In this document: in pieces, positions 8,466-18,420 of the stretch
Layout: each line of letters begins with the position of its first letter
Position numbering within the stretch: position 1 is the stretch's first letter
Source: a virus
Taxonomy: Duplodnaviria > Caudoviricetes
Reading direction: 5' to 3' (one strand)
IMG/VR virus record: IMGVR_UViG_3300005805_000472
Location: 1 to 24,548 of that record
DNA: 24,548 bases
The notes under the pieces: model-generated
Told to the model about the DNA's origin: nothing
Database searches by the model: none
The model's input: the letters and a program-made list of their open reading frames with translations, nothing else
Translations under genes and position numbers: made by a program

Positions 8466-8789
8466 ATGAAACAGGTAAAGATAAGAAGTCTGATTTATCA
8501 TGATCCGGCAATTAACTGGGACTTTGAATCAGAAAATCCAGACCAAAAAATCAGCGAGTTAATAGCTTCTGGTGTTCTTGGAAATGAGTCTGAATATACG
8601 ATTGAGATAAAAGACATCTCACACGATCACGCTATGGCTGAGTGTCTAGCGGCAAGGAAAGCCGCTTATCCATCTCCTGAAGAGTTCTTAAATGCATTCT
8701 TTGACGGTGGTCAGGATGCTCTAAACGCTCTTCAACTTAAACGACTAGAAATCAAGGCGGCTCATCCGAAGCCGGTTAAGGAGTCATAA
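8466..8789 (+). CDS. Putative tail fibre assembly/chaperone protein
   Basis: Follows the fibre gene; RKAAYPS...IKAAHPKP C-terminal motif typical of fibre-associated small proteins. Confidence 0.6.
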   Translation: MKQVKIRSLIYHDPAINWDFESENPDQKISELIASGVLGNESEYTIEIKDISHDHAMAECLAARKAAYPSPEEFLNAFFDGGQDALNALQLKRLEIKAAHPKPVKES

Positions 8790-9340
8790 TGCCATACACG
8801 ACGCTTAATCTTGGTCTTCAGCTCACTATCCCTACATCAGGGACTAGAAATTGGGCGGCCACACTCTATTCCACCACATGGACTAAAATCAGTCAGCACA
8901 AGCATACCGGATCAGGAGATGGAGCTCAGCTGATCACTGCTTCTTATTCTGATCTATCTGTCACTACTGCAAAGCTAGCAGCTAATGCTGTCACCAGTGG
9001 AAAGCTGGCATTGAACATCGCGCTGGCTCAGGCAGCTACCTCTACTCCTACTGGCACAACACAGACAGTAGATTGGGACACTGGAAACACTCAGAAGGTC
9101 AATCTAGGATCTGCGTCTGGGAATGTTACTCTGACTCTTTCTAATCCTCAGACTGGCGGACTCTATCGTATATTTCTAATCCAGGGTGCTACGGCTCGAA
9201 CGATCACTTGGCCGGCTACGGCTAAGTGGCCGCAGGGAGTAGCAGCTATTCTTTCTACTACTAACGGAGCAGTAGATATTGTTGATCTCTATTGGGATGG
9301 GTCGGCTTACTATGCCGATTGGAATGTGGGGTGGGCGTAA
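8789..9340 (+). CDS. Tail/fibre-associated structural protein
   Basis: TLNLGLQLTIP N-terminus, HKHTG, repeated VT(T/S)xKLA, C-terminal IQGATARTITWP..KWP domain. Confidence 0.65.
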   Translation: MPYTTLNLGLQLTIPTSGTRNWAATLYSTTWTKISQHKHTGSGDGAQLITASYSDLSVTTAKLAANAVTSGKLALNIALAQAATSTPTGTTQTVDWDTGNTQKVNLGSASGNVTLTLSNPQTGGLYRIFLIQGATARTITWPATAKWPQGVAAILSTTNGAVDIVDLYWDGSAYYADWNVGWA

Positions 9341-9561
9341 TGGATCCTGTTTCAGTCAGCATTCTAGTTGGAACACAGCTTTTAGGTGGTCTTCTCGGTG
9401 CTAAGTCTCAGGCTGAGATGGCAAAGCGTCAGCAGGCTCAGCAAGCTCTGGCTACTCAGTTTGGATTAGAGCAGCAAGCCATGCAGCAAGGTCAACAGGC
9501 TCAGCAGGCAGGACTTTCAAACTTGGTCGAAGCGTATCGTTCTGCGCTTCTGGGTGGGTAA
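9340..9561 (+). CDS. Small Gln/Ala-rich putative ejection (pilot-like) protein
   Basis: TAATG coupling gives start MDPVSVSILVGTQLLGGLLG; hydrophobic N-terminus then Q-rich helix. Confidence 0.6.
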   Translation: MDPVSVSILVGTQLLGGLLGAKSQAEMAKRQQAQQALATQFGLEQQAMQQGQQAQQAGLSNLVEAYRSALLGG

Positions 9562-9562
9562 T

Positions 9563-9844
9563 ATGGACAAAAATGCTTTAGCGGCTATGGGAGTTCAGGA
9601 GCAGAAGGTACTAGAAACTCCAAAGGTGGACATGACTGGAGCTGGAGTGCAGGCTGCTGGAAATCTACTTGGTGGACTACTTGCTACTCAGGCAGCTCAG
9701 CAAGCTCAGATGAGGGGTCTTGAATCTGAAGCAGCAAAGATGGCTGTAGAAGAACAGGCTAAGGCTCGCATGGAAGCTCAAAAAAGCCAGCAAGATGCGC
9801 TTAGTCGTTTGATGGGATCGTTCAAATCAGCATTAACTTCTTGA
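9563..9844 (+). CDS. Small Gln/Ala-rich putative ejection protein, paralog of preceding gene
   Basis: LLGGLLA...QQAQ...LSRLMGSFKSAL matches the upstream LLGGLLG...LSNLVEAYRSAL. Confidence 0.6.
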   Translation: MDKNALAAMGVQEQKVLETPKVDMTGAGVQAAGNLLGGLLATQAAQQAQMRGLESEAAKMAVEEQAKARMEAQKSQQDALSRLMGSFKSALTS

Positions 9845-9851
9845 GGAAAAT

Positions 9852-10097
9852 ATGGACAATAAAGACATGGAAATCAGTGCAAAGGATAAAGCTAAGGTCG
9901 CATCGGCTCATTCAGTGATCATGGATATCGCTGATAAGTACGAAATGAGCATGGAAGACGTTATCGAAAAGTGCTGCGGCGAAGAAGAAGAAGAAGGCAT
10001 GGAAGAAGAGATGTCTGAAGAAAAGCCTTCTGTCGATAAAGCTAAAATTGCTCTTATCATTGGCAAGATGCGCGGCCATCGTGGTGGCGAAGAATGA
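9852..10097 (+). CDS. Acidic hypothetical protein
   Basis: GAGG RBS; Glu/Met-rich tract; ATGA overlap with the next gene. Confidence 0.65.
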   Translation: MDNKDMEISAKDKAKVASAHSVIMDIADKYEMSMEDVIEKCCGEEEEEGMEEEMSEEKPSVDKAKIALIIGKMRGHRGGEE

Positions 10098-11029
10098 GAA
10101 ATATCGAGCAGCTAATTACAGCTAGCCGTAGGGCTACAAGTAATCTGGACTTTGGCGAGAATGCTGGTGTCCAGGATGAGGAGTTTCTTCAGGCGTTTAA
10201 CGACGCTCAGGAAGAGATCCAGACGCTGCTCAACTCTCTATTTCCTACCATTCTTGTTCGTCAGAAAGTCTTTGCTGGATCTGCAAATGTAGACACTTAT
10301 GACATTCCATCTGATTGCTTTATGGGCACTAGGATTGAGAACCTAGAATATAGCCCATCTGGAAACTCAGAGGATTTCTATGTCATTAAGAAAGGTGCTC
10401 CTAAAGAGCGTATCAATGGCGTCTCTGGAAATCCTTCTTTCTACATTCGTCAGGGCTCACAGCTTATTATTCAACCAGGCCCACAAAGTGGTGGGACGTT
10501 TCGGATTCTGTATCAGAGGATTATTCCGGTTCTCGACAAGCGACGCGCAACGGTTAGTTCGGTGGTTCTCAATACTACTAGCCGGACTATTACAAACCTA
10601 TATCTTGATACGACTGTCGATCTTGATGATGCCGCACTAGTTGAACAGAACTATATCTCGATCGTAGACAAGAATGGCGTCGTAAAGATGCAGGGCATTC
10701 CTGTTGATTCTATTAACACTGGCACTGGTCAGGTTAACGTGTCTGCTGGGTTCGTCTATGAGGCGGGTGAGACGATTGCTTCAGGTGACTACGCTGTAAG
10801 AGGTAAGTACAGCTCAACTCATTCTCAGCTTCCTGATCTGTGTGAGAAGTATATGCTCGAATACTGCAATATGCGTATTTTCGTGCGTGATTCATCTACC
10901 GATCAGGCTGAAGTTGCTGCATTGATGTCAAAGATTGAAGAAACTCTTAAGAGTGCATTTGCACAGCCTGATAACGATCCAGATCGTATTGTGATTATTG
11001 ATCCAAGCTACTTAGGTTACGAATTATAA
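10094..11029 (+). CDS. Head-tail adaptor-like protein
   Basis: EEFLQAFNDAQEEI helix, YDIPSD, GNPSFYIRQGSQLIIQPGP motifs; precedes the nozzle-like gene. Confidence 0.65.
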   Translation: MRNIEQLITASRRATSNLDFGENAGVQDEEFLQAFNDAQEEIQTLLNSLFPTILVRQKVFAGSANVDTYDIPSDCFMGTRIENLEYSPSGNSEDFYVIKKGAPKERINGVSGNPSFYIRQGSQLIIQPGPQSGGTFRILYQRIIPVLDKRRATVSSVVLNTTSRTITNLYLDTTVDLDDAALVEQNYISIVDKNGVVKMQGIPVDSINTGTGQVNVSAGFVYEAGETIASGDYAVRGKYSSTHSQLPDLCEKYMLEYCNMRIFVRDSSTDQAEVAALMSKIEETLKSAFAQPDNDPDRIVIIDPSYLGYEL

Positions 11030-11039
11030 CGGGGGCTAG

Positions 11040-13583
11040 ATGGCGACTAACTACCAGTTCGTCAAACGCTATGAGAACTTCCAGGGCGTTGACTACAAGT
11101 CTAGCGATCTCAAGTTCCCTGAGCTCAATGCTACAGAGCTCCAGAACGTAGACTTTACTCAGATAGGTAGCATCCAGAAGCGAAAAGGATTTCAGGCTAT
11201 TGCTCCTAGTGTAGGTGGGTGCGGCATTTTCACCTATCGAGGCTACTCTTCGACTGGTGCTGAGGAAATTGAAGTTATCGAAGTAGATACTGGTTTATGG
11301 AGGATGGGAGAGAGCACTCTCACTGTCACTTATACTGGTGCTGCTACTAGCGCATCTATCTCGATTTTCTATGACGTAGCCACGTCTCAATACCGATGTC
11401 AGATGCAGGAGGGCACCACTCAGGTTTTAGACTATGCTCTTGGTGTCGGAGTAGATGAAGCATCTCCTGTGACTGTAGCAAACTTAATCACGCAGATTAA
11501 CGCTGTCACTGGATTCACGGCATCAGCATCTGGAGCAACTACTTCTCCAGCGGCGTTTTTAGACATCGTTCCAAGCCATAACTTAATCACTTCAGCGATG
11601 ACGTCTATCTCGCGTTACTGGACAGCGATTTACACTCCAATAACGCTTCTTCCTGGCAACTCTACTTACAAAAATGACGTCGAATTTGAGAACACATCAG
11701 GAGTTCAACTTCAAAACTGCATCTATCTAGCAAACGGATACGATGAAGTTATTAAATACGACGGCCACATGGCATACCGCGCAGGGATTCCAGAGCCGGT
11801 AGCCTTTACCTATTCTACTGCTAACTTTGCTGGTGGGATTAGGGGAAGCAACTACTCTTATAAAGTTCAATATATCCAGAAGGATCATCAGCGTAATGAA
11901 TGCGCTGGAAACTATACCATGCCGACAAATTCTGTCGGTGGGAGTATATACTGGACCAACGCTACTGACCAGCAAGTGACTCTAGTTGTTCCACAAATTG
12001 GATCTACTACAGGATTCAACACAAACTGCGCCATCGTAAACGGAGCTCAGTCATTAGTTACTACCATTACAGTAGACACTAATGGAGCCCCAGGGACGCA
12101 CACGCTTCAGGTAGGAGATACCGCCTATTTTTATGACAGCGTCAGCGCTGCTCATGTAGAGCGAGAAATTACAGCTAGAACCAACACTAACATTACTATC
12201 GCCGGAGCTGCTGTCACTGTTGCAGACAATGCAGTTATCTCGAATAATCTCAGAATCTTAATTTATCGTTCTAAAGATACTGGAAGCGCTACAGTGTTTC
12301 CTACTGTCTGGTATAAGGTAGACGAGATTCCCAACAATTCTTTTGTCAGCACTGCTAACTATCTCGATGCAAAGGCAGACACTAACCTCGGCGCTATTTT
12401 TCTTGAGCCTCTGACTGATAGGTCACCGCCTGTAAAGGGTCGATATGTTTCAGCTTTCCAGAATCTCATGGTCACATCTGGAAATTTATCTAACGTAAAC
12501 GAGGTTAGCGTTTCTGACTCTGAGAATGCTGAATACTTCCCTGTCCCAGATAATCAGTTTCTGGTGAATGATATCTTTGGAGATAAGATCACTGGAATTA
12601 GCCCATCTAACGAGCTTTTCGTCGTCTTCCAGCGGCGTGGTATTCATGTGATCTCTGGAGAAATTGCTAACGGTCAGTTCCGAGTAGACCAGATTGCTAA
12701 TGACGTAGGATGCGCATCTCATGCATCTATCCGAGATATTCGCGGATCTTTGTTTTTCATGAGCTTGTCTGGCCCTAGAGTGCTTCAAGGTGGTCAGATT
12801 CCACAGGGTCTCGGTCGATATGAGCAGAATCCATATATATCTCGTATTGATCCAGTGTTTGACCAAGCAGATGAAATTGATTCAACTAAGATTTATCAGC
12901 TGAAACGCGCTATAGGATTTCACGATCGTATCGGTCAGCGCTATGCCTGCTTTGTCCCATGCGAAACAGTCACGACTGGGCTGCGATATGCCAATAGTAA
13001 CTCTAAGGTATTCGTATACGACTATCAACGAGATGCATGGCTAGAATGGACAAACATGAACATGAGCGGTGGAGTTGCCGCTCTGAACGATTATATCTAC
13101 TTTGACGAGAGACGATTCTCTAGCGTCACAAGCACAGTCAGAACCTACACCTATAAGGTTCATAATACTGGCACTTACATGGACTATGCTGACAACACCG
13201 CAGCACTTGATGCATACTGGAAAAGCCCGTGGGACTTCATGGGTGAGGCAAGCATCCTAAAGAGCTTTTTAGCAATCAGAATCTTTTCGACTGAAGAAGT
13301 TGAGAATGAGTATACCATTACTCTTAAAACTGAACGCGATTGGATTAAGGATACCGAAACAGAAGTCACTGTAGATGTTGGTGCTGGCGGTTATGGTGTC
13401 GATCGTTGGGATCTTGACGCTTATGGATCTCCAGCTGATCCTACGACCACTAAAAAGCTTAATAATAATAGAATTAAAGCTCTGCGAGTCATCTTCCAAA
13501 ACTCGGAGATGCAGAAGAACTTTCTGGTGAGTGGTTATGAGTTAGAGGTAGCCGCGCCGTATAAACCGAGGTTCGTACAGTGA
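11040..13583 (+). CDS. Tail nozzle / DNA stabilisation protein (P22 gp10 / tubular protein B-like)
   Basis: 847 aa; ELQNVDF..GSIQKRKG N-terminus, propeller-like ITGISP..LFVVFQRRGI, VGCASHASI, VFVYDY....W, YWKSPW motifs. Confidence 0.7.
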   Translation: MATNYQFVKRYENFQGVDYKSSDLKFPELNATELQNVDFTQIGSIQKRKGFQAIAPSVGGCGIFTYRGYSSTGAEEIEVIEVDTGLWRMGESTLTVTYTGAATSASISIFYDVATSQYRCQMQEGTTQVLDYALGVGVDEASPVTVANLITQINAVTGFTASASGATTSPAAFLDIVPSHNLITSAMTSISRYWTAIYTPITLLPGNSTYKNDVEFENTSGVQLQNCIYLANGYDEVIKYDGHMAYRAGIPEPVAFTYSTANFAGGIRGSNYSYKVQYIQKDHQRNECAGNYTMPTNSVGGSIYWTNATDQQVTLVVPQIGSTTGFNTNCAIVNGAQSLVTTITVDTNGAPGTHTLQVGDTAYFYDSVSAAHVEREITARTNTNITIAGAAVTVADNAVISNNLRILIYRSKDTGSATVFPTVWYKVDEIPNNSFVSTANYLDAKADTNLGAIFLEPLTDRSPPVKGRYVSAFQNLMVTSGNLSNVNEVSVSDSENAEYFPVPDNQFLVNDIFGDKITGISPSNELFVVFQRRGIHVISGEIANGQFRVDQIANDVGCASHASIRDIRGSLFFMSLSGPRVLQGGQIPQGLGRYEQNPYISRIDPVFDQADEIDSTKIYQLKRAIGFHDRIGQRYACFVPCETVTTGLRYANSNSKVFVYDYQRDAWLEWTNMNMSGGVAALNDYIYFDERRFSSVTSTVRTYTYKVHNTGTYMDYADNTAALDAYWKSPWDFMGEASILKSFLAIRIFSTEEVENEYTITLKTERDWIKDTETEVTVDVGAGGYGVDRWDLDAYGSPADPTTTKKLNNNRIKALRVIFQNSEMQKNFLVSGYELEVAAPYKPRFVQ

Positions 13584-13924
13584 AGTTTCTTAATTTTAAG
13601 CTCTTTCGATCTGGAAGCAGCCTAGAGGATGTTCTTCAGTACCTATCGCTGGACCTAGCAAGCGGTCTGAGAGATATTTATACAGGATTAACCAAGCTCA
13701 GTTTCGCTGATAACTTCCAGAGCTTTAGGGCAGATATTACCTTCACCGGAGCTCAGGAAGTAGCGATTCGACACAATCTGGGGGCAATCCCTAGCAGTCG
13801 GATCATAGTCAGGGCTACGGCATCTGACATAGTTGACGGTGATACTGCTTGGAACGAGAATAACGTCTATATGAAAAAGACTGGTGTGGGTGCAGCTACC
13901 GCGACAGTCATATTTTTGAGGTGA
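13580..13924 (+). CDS. Small tail-associated protein
   Basis: GTGA overlap; LSFADNF and IRHNLGAIPS motifs. Confidence 0.55.
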   Translation: MKFLNFKLFRSGSSLEDVLQYLSLDLASGLRDIYTGLTKLSFADNFQSFRADITFTGAQEVAIRHNLGAIPSSRIIVRATASDIVDGDTAWNENNVYMKKTGVGAATATVIFLR

Positions 13925-13927
13925 ACT

Positions 13928-14815
13928 ATGGGGCTTAGTGGACAAGAAAGCGGCTTTAGACAGCAAAGAAATCGAATTGCTAGAGAGCAAGCTCAACAGC
14001 AACAACAACAGACGCAAACGATTTCAGACCTTCAAAGCCAGGTCAGAGCTCTACAGACAGAAAGAGCTCCTCTTACTACCGAAGAACAGATCGCTTCTGA
14101 GCTTCCAAGAGTTACGACTGAGCGTCTAGGTGCTCCAGAAGAACAGGCTGCTAGGTCAATTTTGGCTCGTCAGCTGATGGAACAGCAGCAAGCCGCTCAG
14201 AGACAACTTGCATCCCAGCAGGCTCGGTCTGGAGTTAGGGGTGGTGCGGCAGCCGCTCAGCAGGCTAGACTGGCTCGTCAATTAGAAACAGAAAGAGCAT
14301 CACAAGAGCAGGCAGCTTTCTTAGGTCAGAGACAATTTAACATTCAACAAGCTCAGCGTGAGCAGTTTGCTAATCTCGCCGCTGAACTTGCTCGCCGCCA
14401 GATCCAAGCTGGACTTCGTGGTCAAACACTCATGAGTCAGGCAGCTAAAGAATATGGGCAAGCTCAACTAGCAGCGTCTCAGCAGGGTGGAAAGGTTATC
14501 TGTGCTGAGCTTGGAAGACAGGGCTATCTCGACGCTAAAACACTGAAAGCAGATGCTGAGTTTGGTCGCATCATCTTCATGACTGAGCCTGAAGTAATGC
14601 ATGGCTATTGGAAGCTAGCTATTCCAGTCGTCGGACTGATGAAGAAATCAAAGGCTTTCACTTGGGCTGTTAGCCTCATCGCTAAGCCTTGGGCTAGGTA
14701 TATGGCCTATATGATGGGCGCATCAGAAAAAGGAAGTTTCTTTGGCATGGTAATCCATACTGTTGGAAAGCCTGTCTGCCGTGCATTTGGAAAGAAGGTT
14801 ATCGTATATGGCTAA
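13928..14815 (+). CDS. Putative ejection protein: Gln-rich coiled coil plus C-terminal VIC(A/T)EL domain
   Basis: Q/A/R-rich N-terminal 190 aa, then GGKVICAELGRQG...GYWKLA hydrophobic domain. Confidence 0.55.
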   Translation: MGLSGQESGFRQQRNRIAREQAQQQQQQTQTISDLQSQVRALQTERAPLTTEEQIASELPRVTTERLGAPEEQAARSILARQLMEQQQAAQRQLASQQARSGVRGGAAAAQQARLARQLETERASQEQAAFLGQRQFNIQQAQREQFANLAAELARRQIQAGLRGQTLMSQAAKEYGQAQLAASQQGGKVICAELGRQGYLDAKTLKADAEFGRIIFMTEPEVMHGYWKLAIPVVGLMKKSKAFTWAVSLIAKPWARYMAYMMGASEKGSFFGMVIHTVGKPVCRAFGKKVIVYG

Positions 14816-15749
14816 TCCTACTTTAGCTGAGCTGCTTAACTTTCAAAAAGCAGTGGAAACGGCTTCTGCTCCAGAAGCAACTGCGGCGGCTAAACCTAGT
14901 CAGAATGAGATGATAGCTCAGGCTATCTTGGGTCTAGCTCCTATTCTGGCCGGTGCTGCTCTTGGTGGAGCTAGAGGTGGTGCTATCGGTGCTGAAGCTG
15001 GACTGACTGGCCTAAAGACTCTTGAAGCTCAGAAGGAAAGAAGCAAAGAAGCTGCAAAGAAAGAGAAGGAAGCTCAGGCGGCATCTATTAAGATGGCCAT
15101 TGAGCTAGCTAAGGAACAGAGAGCAGAACAAGCTGCTCAACGTGCTGCTGGCAGAGAAGTCGAAAAACTCGGACTTGAGAAACAAAAATTAGAGATCGAA
15201 CGCGGTAAAGCAGCTAAAGAAAAAGCTCCGGCTGCTGGACAGTTTCAAGCAGGATTATTTGCGCGTAGATTAGAACAAGCAGAAAGTGCTTTTGATAAGC
15301 TTGAAAAAGCTGGTTTTGATCGCTCTCAGATGGCTATTGGTTTTGAATCAAACTTACCACAAGCGCTAAAGAGTGCGCCGCTTCAGGCTCAAGAACAGGC
15401 TGAGAAGAACTTTGTTAATGCAATCCTTCGTAGAGAGTCTGGAGCAGCTATCGCATCTAGCGAGTTTGAGAATGCTCAAAAGCAGTATTTTCCAAGAGCT
15501 GGTGATTCTCCAGAAGTCATTGCTCAGAAAAAAGCGAACAGACTGCAAGCTATTGCTGGACTTAAAGCTGAAGCTGGTCCTGCACTTGAGCAGATTCCTC
15601 TTGTTAAGGTGAAAACTCCGGTAGTTAAGGCTCCAAAGTCATTTGGTGCTGGTGATGCGGTCGCAGCACCAGCCGGATTCTTTGGAAACTCCATTATGCA
15701 GAACGGCATAGAGTATAAATGGAATGAAGATCTTGGGAGATACGAGTAA
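14808..15749 (+). CDS. Putative ejection/internal virion protein
   Basis: Start MANPTL overlaps the upstream stop; Gly/Ala hydrophobic segment, coiled coil, NFVNAILRRESGAAI..SEF....QYFP motif recurrent in phage internal proteins. Confidence 0.6.
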   Translation: MANPTLAELLNFQKAVETASAPEATAAAKPSQNEMIAQAILGLAPILAGAALGGARGGAIGAEAGLTGLKTLEAQKERSKEAAKKEKEAQAASIKMAIELAKEQRAEQAAQRAAGREVEKLGLEKQKLEIERGKAAKEKAPAAGQFQAGLFARRLEQAESAFDKLEKAGFDRSQMAIGFESNLPQALKSAPLQAQEQAEKNFVNAILRRESGAAIASSEFENAQKQYFPRAGDSPEVIAQKKANRLQAIAGLKAEAGPALEQIPLVKVKTPVVKAPKSFGAGDAVAAPAGFFGNSIMQNGIEYKWNEDLGRYE

Positions 15750-17899
15750 TGGCTAAGCCAGTCTTTGATCCATCAAAGCCGTTTGAGAGTGTAAAACCAG
15801 CATTTGATCCCTCCCAGCCATTTAAAGTGGTCGCGGAGCAGGGACCGTCTGAATTTGAGCAGATTGAGACAGCTGGACGATCGCTTCTTGAAGGTGTATC
15901 TGCCGGAGTTTCTGAGCCTATTGTATCTGGTGTAAATGCCGTATTAGGAAATTTAATTGATTCTGGATTTGATGCTGATTCGTTAAAGGACTTCTTTTCA
16001 AAATCTATTGATGCAACCCGTATTGAGAAAGAATTCCAGCGCGATGTTGAGCGCAGAAAGGGTTTAGAAACAGCTCTGCCAGGAACTGCTATTGCCGCAG
16101 AAGTAGCCGGTGCACTTAGTCCTGTCGGTCTTCCGGCTAAGATTGCCAAAGTAGCTGGCACGGCTCTTAAGGGGATTGAAAAGGCGCCTATTGTCGGAAC
16201 GATTCTTAAAGGTGCAGCCGAAGCTGGTCTTGCCACTGGAGCCGCTGAACAAATTAAAGAGTTGGCACAAGAGCCCACTGGTTTCATTGCTGAAGGCGCT
16301 GCTCCGGCTCCTAGTGAATCTGCTAAAACGGCCGCCAAGATTGGTGCGGCCATTGGCACGCTTCCAGTGATTGGAAAAGCTGTTGGATATGCCGCGCCTC
16401 GGGTGCTTTCTGCTTTCGGTGGTGTGAGCCCAAAGATTATTCAAGACTATCTGAAGCGCGAGGCTCCGATCGCTCCTGTTAGCTCTGAGCGCTTAAAGGA
16501 AGCCGTGGAAATTGCAGCACAGAACGTGCAAGATGCACTGTCCACACAGAAAAGCGCTACCGCTGATGACTTGGTTACGGCGGTTCAAGCGCTTAAGCAG
16601 AAGGTGATTAACGGATCTGATGAAGCATTTCAGATACTTGAGCAGGCTTCTGCTGCCGGCCAAGATGTCGCTATTCCGCTGGCAACGATCGAAAATAACA
16701 TTTCAAAATCACTTCAGGATCTTAGGGCTGGTGCCAAAGCTTTAACTCCTGTCCGCGAGGCGGCGGCCTCTTATCTTGATGACCTGCTGGCTAGATTTCA
16801 ATCTAGGGCTGTAGATGGAAAGATTGACCTAGTAACTGCCAAGGAAATGATCCAAGCGATTGACGAGGTTAAGAACTACACGATCAGCGCTGGCGCCTTT
16901 AGCAGTAGCCTCGACCGTGCTCTTGGCTCACTTCGATCGGCCATTGATGAGCCTCTTAAGGCCATTAAGCCTTATGCAGAGAAGATGAAAGAGGTCTCTG
17001 ATGCATCAAGGCTTCTAGGACAGGCTAATGACTATTTTGGTGAAGCTGGAAAAGCCTTTAAAAATGTCGATAGGCTTGTCATTGGAAAAGATCCTTATAT
17101 CACCAATACAGCTAATCAACTTGAGCGCGCTACTGGTATTCAAATCAATAAAGGACTTGAATCTCTTAATGAGCTTCGTCCGGTGCAAAACATTCTTCCT
17201 GACACAGCGGAGACTTTTGTTAAGGAAGTTATAAAAGGAAAATCTGATATTGTTCAAAAGCGTCTCGGAATTCTTAGCAAGATGTCTGATGAGGATTTAG
17301 TAGAGCTTGGAAAAAAAGCTGAGCTTACTAAAGAATTTGAAAAGCTAGTCCAGAACGGATCTAGAGACGTTAATTTCTGGAAAGAGATATTTGGAGCATC
17401 AGGTGCTCTTGGAGCTTTAGGTGGTGGTGTTATTGGTGGTCCTGTTGGTGCCATGACTGGTGCTACTATCGGATACATGGTTAAGTCCTATGGAGCCCCA
17501 GCTACTAAGCTGATTTTGGATTCCATGATTAAGGTTCGTGGCTACCCGACTGTTCAGAAGCTAAATCAAGCGATGAGTGCTGTAAGTCCAGAGATTCGCA
17601 CTCGCCTAATCCAAGGCTTTGTCTCTGCTACCGCTAGCAGGTTTGATGATCCTAATAATAAAGTGATAAATATCGAGCCTGAACAAGTTGGATCTATGTA
17701 TCAAGAGGTAAAGACTAGCGATCTTGATGCGACAACTAAAGCTAAATCACTTGAGTCACTTAGTCGTTCTGGAAGCATGGACGCTCAGGCCCTTAAAAGA
17801 ATGACTATTGGTGAGATGCCAAAACAAGGAGCAATCGTAACGCCAGTTTCAAAAGAGGCTTTAAAAGAAGATCGACCAAAGGCGCTGATTAAGCGATGA
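15749..17899 (+). CDS. Large ejection/DNA-transfer protein
   Basis: 716 aa, helical and Ala-rich; N-terminal FDPS(K/Q)PF twice; glycine-zipper GALGALGGGVIGGPVGAMTG; last gene before the lysis cassette. Confidence 0.6.
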   Translation: MAKPVFDPSKPFESVKPAFDPSQPFKVVAEQGPSEFEQIETAGRSLLEGVSAGVSEPIVSGVNAVLGNLIDSGFDADSLKDFFSKSIDATRIEKEFQRDVERRKGLETALPGTAIAAEVAGALSPVGLPAKIAKVAGTALKGIEKAPIVGTILKGAAEAGLATGAAEQIKELAQEPTGFIAEGAAPAPSESAKTAAKIGAAIGTLPVIGKAVGYAAPRVLSAFGGVSPKIIQDYLKREAPIAPVSSERLKEAVEIAAQNVQDALSTQKSATADDLVTAVQALKQKVINGSDEAFQILEQASAAGQDVAIPLATIENNISKSLQDLRAGAKALTPVREAAASYLDDLLARFQSRAVDGKIDLVTAKEMIQAIDEVKNYTISAGAFSSSLDRALGSLRSAIDEPLKAIKPYAEKMKEVSDASRLLGQANDYFGEAGKAFKNVDRLVIGKDPYITNTANQLERATGIQINKGLESLNELRPVQNILPDTAETFVKEVIKGKSDIVQKRLGILSKMSDEDLVELGKKAELTKEFEKLVQNGSRDVNFWKEIFGASGALGALGGGVIGGPVGAMTGATIGYMVKSYGAPATKLILDSMIKVRGYPTVQKLNQAMSAVSPEIRTRLIQGFVSATASRFDDPNNKVINIEPEQVGSMYQEVKTSDLDATTKAKSLESLSRSGSMDAQALKRMTIGEMPKQGAIVTPVSKEALKEDRPKALIKR

Positions 17900-18408
17900 A
17901 CATGAATCGAGTGTGGATCACTAGACTGCCCTTGGGAACTATTCGAGAGGTAGCCTCAGAGACTAACATTCCATGGAATTTGCTAGCTGCGATCGTTCAA
18001 ACTGAAAGCGGTGGCAATCCATATGCAGCTAGGTTTGAGCCTGACTATAAGTATTATTTCAAAGTCAAAGAGTTCGCTAAGCAGAATCAAATTACTGACA
18101 TCACCGAGACAGTGCTACAAAAAACATCCTGGGGACTTTGTCAGCTGATGGGTGGGCTATGCCGTGAGTTAGGTCATACAGGCTCATTACTTGAGGTACT
18201 AGATCAAGAATTGAATCTGAAACTCTGTGCAAAGCATCTAGTGAATTTGATTAAGAAACATCCTGAGCGTGATGCAATGCTAGCAGCCTATAATGCTGGC
18301 AGTCCGATTAAGGATCTCAAAACTGGCAAGTATAGAAATCAGGACTATGTTGATAAGGTGCTTGGATATTTTTCCGAGCTGAATGAAACTTTTGGGATTA
18401 AAATTTAA
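17896..18408 (+). CDS. SLT-family lytic transglycosylase (endolysin)
   Basis: AIVQTESGGNP (catalytic Glu), SWGLCQLM, AAYNAG and YVDKV motifs. Confidence 0.9.
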   Translation: MNMNRVWITRLPLGTIREVASETNIPWNLLAAIVQTESGGNPYAARFEPDYKYYFKVKEFAKQNQITDITETVLQKTSWGLCQLMGGLCRELGHTGSLLEVLDQELNLKLCAKHLVNLIKKHPERDAMLAAYNAGSPIKDLKTGKYRNQDYVDKVLGYFSELNETFGIKI

Positions 18409-18420
18409 CTGGGGGTAATT

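Noticed and set aside
15694-17478. Long minus-strand ORFs (221, 126, 80 and 74 aa) and similar nested ORFs across the structural region
   Set aside because: Shadow frames of Ala/Gly-rich genes, with no recognisable RBS or motifs.
15749-17899. Tape measure protein of a long-tailed phage
   Set aside because: No tail tube, sheath or tail assembly chaperone genes are recognisable; adaptor, nozzle and ejection gene order fits a short tail.
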